Below, piece by piece: positions 24,731 to 31,706 of a stretch of 31,706 nucleotides of DNA; position 1 is the first letter of the stretch; each line of letters begins with the position of its first letter. The translations under genes were made by a program, and so were the position numbers. Origin of the DNA: a virus (Duplodnaviria; Caudoviricetes); IMG/VR virus record IMGVR_UViG_3300048988_000013, positions 1 to 31,706 of that record; one strand, given 5' to 3'. The notes under the pieces were generated by a model that was not told the origin of the DNA, did not search any database, and saw only the letters and a list, made by a program, of their open reading frames with translations.

Positions 24731-25431
24731 AAGTGGACGATTTTGAATCGCATATACGTCTTCCCAGGCAGCAATTGCCAGCGGCCATCAAAGCCGCGTT
24801 GCCACAGGTTCAGGCGTCCTCAATGCTCGAACGGGCAAAACAAATGCTTATCGAATGCATCACCGTCGACATGGCGCGTGGGATTGCTGATGAGGCCAAG
24901 GCAGTTGCGAGCTACTACGCCGAAAAGAAGGGCGCTGAAGTTCTTCTGCGAATGGCGCGTCAGATCCAAATTCGAGCCTATCGGCGAATCGGACAGCTGC
25001 TGAAAGATCACCGGGATGAGTTTCGCAAAAACTCGATGGAGCATACCGCGATTCGGATTGCCTCCCTAGAGGAGGCGTCATTTGAAGGGGCCTTGGTCAC
25101 CGAAGAGATTTTGACGCCCACCACTTTTGCGCAGAAATACATTCCCCGACCTCCTCCGGCTTTCAAGGAGGAAACCCCGGAGGCAAAAGCGCGGCGATGG
25201 CAGCAGCAGATGGCGCAGGCAGCGGAGGAGGAATACAACTCAATAAACGATGAGATCGTTAGTTTTCACTGCTTCATTAAGGAAACTTTGGCAACATCGG
25301 CCGCCGCCATATTCGAGACTCGCGCCGAGAAGCGCAGGGTGCGCGACCAGATCCGCGAGATCCAGGAGTGGCTTGACGAACTAGATAGGCGCATCAAAGT
25401 ACCTCCGAAATCATACTCAGGGAAATTATAA
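24727..25431 (+). CDS. Helical hypothetical protein
   Basis: GTG 24727 (GTGA overlap); EC.TVD....IAD.A.A...Y and IRA.RRIG.LL motifs. Confidence 0.65.
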   Translation: MKVDDFESHIRLPRQQLPAAIKAALPQVQASSMLERAKQMLIECITVDMARGIADEAKAVASYYAEKKGAEVLLRMARQIQIRAYRRIGQLLKDHRDEFRKNSMEHTAIRIASLEEASFEGALVTEEILTPTTFAQKYIPRPPPAFKEETPEAKARRWQQQMAQAAEEEYNSINDEIVSFHCFIKETLATSAAAIFETRAEKRRVRDQIREIQEWLDELDRRIKVPPKSYSGKL

Positions 25432-25453
25432 TGTGCCCAACCGAGTCGCCACC

Positions 25454-25606
25454 GTGACCAAACCCAGCCGAATCTACGTCGCCGTGCCGGAGCCGCCGCC
25501 GCGGTTGCCGCGCAAGCGCATCGACCTCTCCTGGTTCTGGCCGCTCTTGGGGATTATCGCGATCCCGGCGCTTGTCGGCCTGTCCGCCTACCTTGCTCGG
25601 CGTTGA
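25454..25606 (+). CDS. Small membrane protein (50 aa)
   Basis: Hand translation ...LSWFWPLLGIIAIPALVGLSAYLARR*; TGATG overlap with the Q-like gene. Confidence 0.55.
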   Translation: MTKPSRIYVAVPEPPPRLPRKRIDLSWFWPLLGIIAIPALVGLSAYLARR

Positions 25607-25995
25607 TGGCCACCCAAGACGCCGTTCGCAACCGCGCCCCGACACTCGATGCGGACCTTGAATCCGTCGATAACCTCGCCCAGCGCTGGTCATGCGGTGA
25701 GCGGCCGCCGCACTCGATGCATCCGCTCGAGAGGATTCAACTGCTGCACGATGGCGCGGTGCTGGGTGGTAGTGGGCCCATCCCAACGCCTGATGATTTG
25801 CTGAAATTTGACGCATGCTTCATCCAGAGCTCGATGCGCGATCGGTCCATCATCACGGTTTGGTACACGACGGGCGGCAGCGCCGAGCAGAAAGCCAAGC
25901 GCCTGGGCATCTCGCGGGCCACACTCTACGTTGAGTGGAAGCGCACACTTTCGTATTTTCGCGGCTGGTTACGTGCTCACGGTATTGACATTTAA
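25606..25995 (+). CDS. Late-gene regulator, antiterminator Q-like
   Basis: C-terminal HTH KAKRLGISRATLY; last early gene, followed by a promoter and terminator. Confidence 0.7.
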   Translation: MATQDAVRNRAPTLDADLESVDNLAQRWSCGERPPHSMHPLERIQLLHDGAVLGGSGPIPTPDDLLKFDACFIQSSMRDRSIITVWYTTGGSAEQKAKRLGISRATLYVEWKRTLSYFRGWLRAHGIDI

Positions 25996-26014
25996 GACGT
26001 CTAGACTGTAGAAC
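25985..26014 (+). promoter_or_regulatory. Late promoter (pR'-like)
   Basis: Consensus -35 TTGACA at 25985 overlapping the Q end; weaker -10 candidate TAGAAC at 26009. Confidence 0.5.
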
Positions 26015-26053
26015 ACGCCAAGCTGGCGCATTGTCAGCCGATTCCGACATTAG

Positions 26054-26077
26054 AGCCCACCATCGCGTGGGCTTTTG
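26054..26077 (+). terminator. Intrinsic terminator (tR'-like)
   Basis: AGCCCAC-CATCGC-GTGGGCT hairpin followed by TTT. Confidence 0.7.
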
Positions 26078-26109
26078 CATGTCTAGACCCCCCGGGAAAT
26101 GAACGTGTA

Positions 26110-26853
26110 ATGCCTAATCCGGCCTGGGTCAGCGGTCAATCGATCACGGCGACCGTCGCCACATCGGTCGGTTTCAGCAATGCCTCAAACGCGCTTACGT
26201 CCGGCAATTGCATGGTGCTCGTGGTCGCGAGCTACTGGGATTCGGGCATCCCAGGTCGACCGACCGTCACCGACAACAACGGCCACACGTTCACCTGGGC
26301 GGCGGGCGGTGGGCATGCGTCGCTCGACGGCTGCCGCATCGATATCTTTTTCAGCGCGCCCTTAACGACCGGCTTTTCGAGCAATACCTACACGGCGACC
26401 GCAGTCGCGGCGCAGTCGACCGGCTTCAATGAAATCGGCGGCGTGCTCACCGAATGGTCAGGCTTCGGCGCCTTGGGGCCCGCGGTCGACAGTTCAGGCT
26501 TTGCGCTCACCGCGGCGGCGACCTCGACGGCCTCTGTGACACTCTCGGCGGCCACCTCGCAGCAAGCGGTCGAGGCCGTCATCTGTGCGCTGCACTTCAA
26601 CGACAACACCAACCCGGATGGCATCTCAACTCCGGGTGGATCCGGCACATGGATCTCATCGGGCATCCTGACGAACGCCACGATCTTTCTCGCCGTGGGC
26701 GCGGCCTACCAGGTCACGAGCGCGACCGGCACGGCCTACAACGCCGCCTGGTCGGGCCTCGACACGACGACGAATAACGGTGGCAGCGCGGTCATCGTGG
26801 CGCTATATCCGGCATCGGCAAGCGACACGCTGGCCAGCCAAATTTGCATGTAG
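26110..26853 (+). CDS. Ser/Thr/Ala/Gly-rich beta-sandwich protein, putative virion decoration
   Basis: Composition typical of structural proteins (no Lys); GN.MVLVV, TVTDN.G.T.T and EWSG motifs; first late gene. Confidence 0.6.
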   Translation: MPNPAWVSGQSITATVATSVGFSNASNALTSGNCMVLVVASYWDSGIPGRPTVTDNNGHTFTWAAGGGHASLDGCRIDIFFSAPLTTGFSSNTYTATAVAAQSTGFNEIGGVLTEWSGFGALGPAVDSSGFALTAAATSTASVTLSAATSQQAVEAVICALHFNDNTNPDGISTPGGSGTWISSGILTNATIFLAVGAAYQVTSATGTAYNAAWSGLDTTTNNGGSAVIVALYPASASDTLASQICM

Positions 26854-26863
26854 GGGAAACGCA

Positions 26864-27178
26864 ATGACATCACTGCGCAGTCACGAAGGGTATTTGCTGA
26901 TCGACCATCGAAATTCACCGGGCGTACCGGATGCCATTGTGCAGCCGTTGGGCTTGCCCCTGGGCGCCGGCAGGGGCGTGTTCGAGGCGGCGACCTATAC
27001 CTGCAAGCACTGTCAGCGCATCGTCGTCATGAACCCGGATCGCAAGCGCGAGCGCGCGTACTGCCGAGGCTGCGATCACCTCATCTGCGACCCCTGCGGC
27101 GCGGAGCGGGCTCGCACCCTTCAATGTCGGACGTTTGAGCAGGTCATCGATCAAATCCTCACTTCTTCAGGAGCATAA
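26864..27178 (+). CDS. Zinc-binding protein (three CxxC)
   Basis: EGYLLIDHR.SPG; TCKHC, YCRGC, ICDPC; RBS AGGGG. Confidence 0.7.
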   Translation: MTSLRSHEGYLLIDHRNSPGVPDAIVQPLGLPLGAGRGVFEAATYTCKHCQRIVVMNPDRKRERAYCRGCDHLICDPCGAERARTLQCRTFEQVIDQILTSSGA

Positions 27179-27180
27179 GC

Positions 27181-27687
27181 ATGGGCGCCAGATATTCCCT
27201 TTCCACGACCAGCGTGACGCCGACCGCCACGGCCGATGCGACCAACCTGGCGAATTCGACCTATCTAGGCATCCTGCAAGGCGGCAATGCCACCATGCGT
27301 CTGAATATCGCCGAGGTGTATATGGGCGGCGAAGCGCCCGCCGCTTCATCGCCCTCGATCATGGTGCTCGCGCGTGATTCAACGGTGGGCGCAACCGTCG
27401 TCGCGGGCTCCACGCGCAATGCCTTGCTCGATGGTAGCGGCACCGCACCCGCGACCACGGCCGTCACGGGTAACTCGGCGACCACGCTGCCGCAACGCTC
27501 CGCGACGCTGCATTTGCTGCATCTGTCATTCAACGCCTATGGTGGGATTGTCCGTTGGGTTGCGCGCCCGGGCGAGGAGCCGTCCGTCGTCGGCAACACA
27601 GCTTCCTTGGGTGAGGCGTCACTCTCGGCGTTCACCGGTGGCACGTTGGGTGCGATGAGCTCGCATGTGCTTTACGAGGTAGCCTGA
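27181..27687 (+). CDS. Ala/Thr/Ser-rich putative structural protein
   Basis: RBS AGGAG; FNAYGGIVRWVA.PGEE motif; ends YEVA. Confidence 0.65.
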   Translation: MGARYSLSTTSVTPTATADATNLANSTYLGILQGGNATMRLNIAEVYMGGEAPAASSPSIMVLARDSTVGATVVAGSTRNALLDGSGTAPATTAVTGNSATTLPQRSATLHLLHLSFNAYGGIVRWVARPGEEPSVVGNTASLGEASLSAFTGGTLGAMSSHVLYEVA

Positions 27688-27720
27688 TTCGTTGATTTTG
27701 ATGGGTTGAGGGCATAGCAG

Positions 27721-28788
27721 ATGGCGACCATTTTTCGCGCGCCGCTGCTCTGTGTACAGAACAAGCGGTATATCGCCGCTGCGGACGTTGTTCCCAACCT
27801 GTTGCTGACGACGCTCGCGCTCGTCGCCGCAGCCGCCCCGCCATTTCACCAGACGGACTGGCCGACACCGGTTCGGGCGCGGGCGATTCCGATTGCCGAC
27901 GTTCACCAGAACGTTACGCTGCGGCGGAAGAAACCGCCGAATCGGGTGCTGGATTGGCCGACACCGACGCGAACGCGCCTGCTGGCTCAGGTGGATGGAC
28001 AGCAGAATGTCACGCTGCAACTCGGCCTGCCGCCGCCGCCGCAGATCCCGGCATTCGATTATCCGAACCCCGCATCGCATCCATGGGCGCGGTTTGATGA
28101 TGCGCCGAATCTCCTAACCTCTACGCTGGCGTCGGGCGCGGTCGCCGCGACGCTGCCGCCGGGGCATGCCTGGTTCGAGTTGCCGCCGGCTCGAGCACGT
28201 CAACCACGGGTCGATGATCCGCCGAATGTGGCGCTCAATTCGCCGATCGTAGCGACGCTGCCGTTCTCGCAGGATGATCAGCCATTACCGCCGATGCGTG
28301 CTCGGGCGCCGCCGTATGCCGAGGTCGGACCGAATACGACTGCGGCGGGCATACCGCCGGCGCTGCTGCCCTTCGGCCTGGATGACTGGCCGATCACGGT
28401 TAGGGTACGTTGGACGGTATCTCCGGATCTTGTCGGCGTCACGCTCAGGTTGCCATCGGGCGCCGGCGCACCGTTCAACCAGGACGAGTGGCCAACGCCG
28501 ACGCGCGCGAGGTGGGTAGCGCCCGACGTCACGCCGAATCTGCAGGGCAGCACGCTTCGCGGCATTGCGCTGACTTTGCCCTTTGCACAACGCGATTGGC
28601 CGAACCCGGTCCGTACTCGGCGCGGCGATCAGAACGTCATCGTCTCGAACAGCGCGATCTTCATGCTGCCGCCGGTGCCGCCAACCACGGTCATTGCCCG
28701 AATCATCGTATCGCCCGATGCGGATCGGTCGCTCGAGGCCGATGCAGATCGCCTCGTCATTGTCTATGCAGCCAGGAAATCGCCGTGA
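27721..28788 (+). CDS. Pro-rich repeat protein (about 8 degenerate PF.Q.DWP.P.R.R...D..PN...TL units)
   Basis: Repeats visible in the translation: PFHQTDWPTP, LDWPTP, FDYPNP, PFSQDDQPLP, PFGLDDWP, PFNQDEWPTP, PFAQRDWPNP. Confidence 0.7.
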   Translation: MATIFRAPLLCVQNKRYIAAADVVPNLLLTTLALVAAAAPPFHQTDWPTPVRARAIPIADVHQNVTLRRKKPPNRVLDWPTPTRTRLLAQVDGQQNVTLQLGLPPPPQIPAFDYPNPASHPWARFDDAPNLLTSTLASGAVAATLPPGHAWFELPPARARQPRVDDPPNVALNSPIVATLPFSQDDQPLPPMRARAPPYAEVGPNTTAAGIPPALLPFGLDDWPITVRVRWTVSPDLVGVTLRLPSGAGAPFNQDEWPTPTRARWVAPDVTPNLQGSTLRGIALTLPFAQRDWPNPVRTRRGDQNVIVSNSAIFMLPPVPPTTVIARIIVSPDADRSLEADADRLVIVYAARKSP

Positions 28789-29063
28789 CCAATGTCGTTC
28801 TCATCAATCCGAGCGATCAGTTGGTAATTACGTTCGACTACTCGAATGAGTTGGCATCGGGGATCACGCTGACCTCGGCAACGCATACCGTGCCATCACC
28901 CATGACCAAGGTGAGTGAGTCGTTTGATACGGCCAATGCGCTCTCGCAGGTCAAGGTGAGTGGTGCTGTGCATGGGCAGACGCAGATGATTGGAGGACAG
29001 GCGACACTGAGCAATGGCGAGATCATCAATCGCCAGTTCCCCGTGCGTGGGTGGAACTCATAG
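28785..29063 (+). CDS. Small Ig-like fibre-adaptor-like protein (92 aa)
   Basis: GTGA overlap; NP.D...TFDYS..L..G.TL.S...VSG...G......TLSNG motif. Confidence 0.6.
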   Translation: MTNVVLINPSDQLVITFDYSNELASGITLTSATHTVPSPMTKVSESFDTANALSQVKVSGAVHGQTQMIGGQATLSNGEIINRQFPVRGWNS

Positions 29064-29067
29064 GGCC

Positions 29068-29457
29068 ATGCCCCTCGCCAGCAAGAAGCCATGCCGCTAC
29101 CCGGGCTGTGGTGTTGCGGTCCATCGTGGTGTGCCCTATTGCAAGACGCACACCAAGGCTGTGCGCAAGCAGTCGGATCAACTGCGGGGAACAGCAGCGA
29201 GTCGTGGCTACGATAAAGCATGGCAGCAGTTACGTAAGCTGTATCTCGCAGAACATCCGTTGTGTGAGTGCGATGACTGTCAGGCAGGAACGCTGCTACT
29301 GACGGCAGCGCAAGTGGTCGATCATCGCATCCCGATCAGCGAGCGACCTGACCTGCGACTGTCATGGATGAACCTGCGTGCCATGTCGAAGACTTGCCAT
29401 GATCGACACACGGCGCGAACGCAGGGCTTCGCGCAACAGCAGCAGCGCCAAGGGTGA
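29068..29457 (+). CDS. Terminase-associated HNH endonuclease (HK97 gp74-like)
   Basis: PC..PGC...YC..H, RGYD..W..LR, HPLC..C, VDH.IP, NL......CH; immediately upstream of TerS. Confidence 0.9.
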   Translation: MPLASKKPCRYPGCGVAVHRGVPYCKTHTKAVRKQSDQLRGTAASRGYDKAWQQLRKLYLAEHPLCECDDCQAGTLLLTAAQVVDHRIPISERPDLRLSWMNLRAMSKTCHDRHTARTQGFAQQQQRQG

Positions 29458-29479
29458 TGGCGCACCCCGCGATCCATAC

Positions 29480-29634
29480 AGTTGATTATGTCCCTGCATT
29501 ATGTGAACGGCGATTGCGCCAATGCATTATGTAACCCCGGGGGGTGTCAAAAGCCTACGGATGCCCGCTAATGACCGACGTCTTCACACAACACGCGCAT
29601 CCACAAAACCAAAATAAGGCAACCGGGCCTCTAA
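29480..29634. other. Probable cos/packaging region
   Basis: Non-coding gap between HNH and TerS; ATTATGT x3 (TGCATTATGT at 29495 and 29523); ACCCCGGGGGGT at 29534. Confidence 0.5.
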
Positions 29635-30045
29635 ATGGCAAGACCTCGTAAGCCGACCGCCGAGCTCGAGCTCAATGGTGCGTTCGACAAGAATCCCAAT
29701 CGCCGGCGCAAGGATCCGCAGACGACGGGGCCAGTAGGCGATCCGCCACCGAGCATGGACGTGAAGTATCACGCGACCTGGTACGAGCTCGTCGATCAGG
29801 CGCCCGTCGATGTACTTCGTTCGCGCGACCGAACCGTTCTCGAGATCGCGGTCCGGGTTCTCTATGCCATTCGCCATACCGACAAGGTCGAGGCGGCGCT
29901 GATCAGCCAGCTCAACAAATGTTTGTCATCGATGGGCATGACGCCAAGCGATGCATCGAAGGTCCATGCGCCGCACGAAAAGGAAGAAAACCCGTTCGCG
30001 GAGTTTGCAAGCAAGACGAAGGAAGCTCGCAAGTCAGCTCACTGA
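29635..30045 (+). CDS. terS: Terminase small subunit (P27-like)
   Basis: MARPRKPT...L.G, PP, W, GMTPS..SKV and ENPFAEF motifs. Confidence 0.88.
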   Translation: MARPRKPTAELELNGAFDKNPNRRRKDPQTTGPVGDPPPSMDVKYHATWYELVDQAPVDVLRSRDRTVLEIAVRVLYAIRHTDKVEAALISQLNKCLSSMGMTPSDASKVHAPHEKEENPFAEFASKTKEARKSAH

Positions 30046-31705
30046 TAGCTATGTCGATAAGGCGCGAAAGTACGCCGAGGACGTGCGAGCGAAGCGCATT
30101 CCGGCGTGCAAGTTCGTCCGCCAGGCGTGCACGCGGCAGCTCAAGGATCTCAAGCGCTGGGCAGTGCGCGGCAAGTATCGATTCGATGTCGAGGAGGCGA
30201 ATAGCTGGTGCCGGTTCCTCGAGCAGATGCCGCATATCAAAGGCAAGCTCGCCGGCAAGAACATTCACCTCGAGCCCTGGCAGTGTTTCATCATCACGGC
30301 GGCCTTCGGATGGCTGGTGAGAGCGACGGCTAAGCGCCGATTTCGCCGGGTCTATATCGAAGTCCCGCGAGGCAATGCCAAATCGACGCTGACTTCAGGG
30401 GTCGCGTTGAAGGCGACCTTCGCGGACGGGGAGGGCGGCGCTGAAGGGTACTCGGCCGCGACCTCTCGCGATCAGGCGCGCATCGTGTTCGCGACGGCAC
30501 AGGCCATGGCGAGAAAGCGCCCACAGATGTGCCAGGTACTCGGCATCGAAGTACTGGCGCATACCATCGTGCAGATGGGTACCGCCTCAGTCATGTCGGC
30601 GTTGTCGGCCGACGCGGATACGCTTGACGGTAAAAACGTTCACTTCGGGGCGATCGATGAGCTGCATGCGCATCGCACCCGTGAAGTGTTTGACGTGCTC
30701 GAGACCGGCGCCGGCAAGCGTGAGCAGTCGATGATCTGGGTCATCACGACCGCGGGCTCCGACCGCGCCGGGATCTGCTATGAGCAGCGCACGTACGCCG
30801 TCAAGATCCTGGGCGACGTCGCGGCGGACGATTCGCTGTTCGCCATAATTTATACGATCGACGACGCCGACGACTGGACGGATGAAGCCTCCTGGCGCAA
30901 GGCAAACCCCAACTGGGGCATCTCGGTCGAGCCCGACTACGTGGCGCAGCTCGCGACGAAAGCGATGCAGATGCCCGCGGCGCAGTCGAACTTCAAGACC
31001 AAGCATCTGAATGTCTGGGTCAACGCCGACCAGGCCTGGATGGACATGCGCGCCTGGGATCGCGCCGGCAACCCGGAGCTTAACGAGGCGGACTTCGCGA
31101 AGGATCCGGCGTGGGGCGGGTTGGACTTGGCGAGCAAGACCGACATCGCGGCGCGCGTGATCATCTATGCGCGGGATATCGAGGGCATCCGGCACTACTA
31201 CCTGTTCGGCCGGTATTTCCTCCCCGAACAGGCGGTGACGGACGGCCGCAACAGCCAGTACCGCGGCTGGGAAGCGATGGGGCTCTTGACGGTGACACCG
31301 GGCGATACGCTCGATTTCCAGGTCGTGATCGACGACATCCTGGCCATCTCGAGCCGCGCGCAGCTGAATGACATCGGCTACGACCCATGGCAGGCGACGT
31401 TTCTCGCGCAAAAGCTCACGGACAACGGCGCGACGATGATCGAGTACCGCAACACGGTGGCCAATTTCTCGGCGCCCATGAAGGAATTCGACGCGCTGAT
31501 TCGCCAGGGGCGGCTGCATCACAACGGTGATCCGGTCCTCACCTGGATGGTGTCGAACGTCGTGTGTCACACGGACGCGAAGGAAAATATCTACCCGCGC
31601 AAAGAGCGGCCCGAAAACAAGATCGACGGTGTCGTCGCGGGCATTACCGCGCTCGGTCGTGCGTTGAGTGCGATCCAAAGCGGTGAACCCTTTACGGAGC
31701 TCTGA
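30005..31705 (+). CDS. terL: Terminase large subunit (HK97-like cos type); start codon uncertain
   Basis: LEPWQ, Walker A PRGNAKST, Walker B IDELH, ITTAG, KANPN, GLDLAS and KIDG motifs; stop at 31703-31705. Confidence 0.95.
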   Translation: MQARRRKLASQLTDSYVDKARKYAEDVRAKRIPACKFVRQACTRQLKDLKRWAVRGKYRFDVEEANSWCRFLEQMPHIKGKLAGKNIHLEPWQCFIITAAFGWLVRATAKRRFRRVYIEVPRGNAKSTLTSGVALKATFADGEGGAEGYSAATSRDQARIVFATAQAMARKRPQMCQVLGIEVLAHTIVQMGTASVMSALSADADTLDGKNVHFGAIDELHAHRTREVFDVLETGAGKREQSMIWVITTAGSDRAGICYEQRTYAVKILGDVAADDSLFAIIYTIDDADDWTDEASWRKANPNWGISVEPDYVAQLATKAMQMPAAQSNFKTKHLNVWVNADQAWMDMRAWDRAGNPELNEADFAKDPAWGGLDLASKTDIAARVIIYARDIEGIRHYYLFGRYFLPEQAVTDGRNSQYRGWEAMGLLTVTPGDTLDFQVVIDDILAISSRAQLNDIGYDPWQATFLAQKLTDNGATMIEYRNTVANFSAPMKEFDALIRQGRLHHNGDPVLTWMVSNVVCHTDAKENIYPRKERPENKIDGVVAGITALGRALSAIQSGEPFTEL

Positions 31706-31706
31706 A

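Noticed and set aside
30587-31678. 363-aa minus-strand ORF
   Set aside because: Antisense shadow of terL.

Overview
About 31.7 kb of a GC-rich temperate lambdoid siphovirus of a Gram-negative host (it encodes an embedded Rz/Rz1 spanin pair). Gene order: tail tip (Dit with a large insertion, L-like, NlpC/P60-like, J-like), a membrane-protein-rich lysis cassette with an M15 endolysin, an intact attP (3' half of tRNA-Thr(CGT)), integrase and xis, a long leftward early operon, the immunity region (six ACGG-N4-CCGT operators, cI, cro), primase-helicase with a probable origin, nin-like genes including an Acb2/Tad1-like protein, Q with pR'/tR', an unexplained five-gene late module, then HNH, cos region, TerS and TerL. 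Both attP and the cos region are internal, so this looks like the circular (excised or replicating) form. The best-supported unusual feature is an 823-bp transposase-free element (17666-18488) with 25-bp terminal inverted repeats, an 8-bp target duplication and a PAPS-reductase-family passenger gene. It splits a phage gene that is restored in frame when the element is removed. Family assignments come from motif recognition only; no database searches were run.
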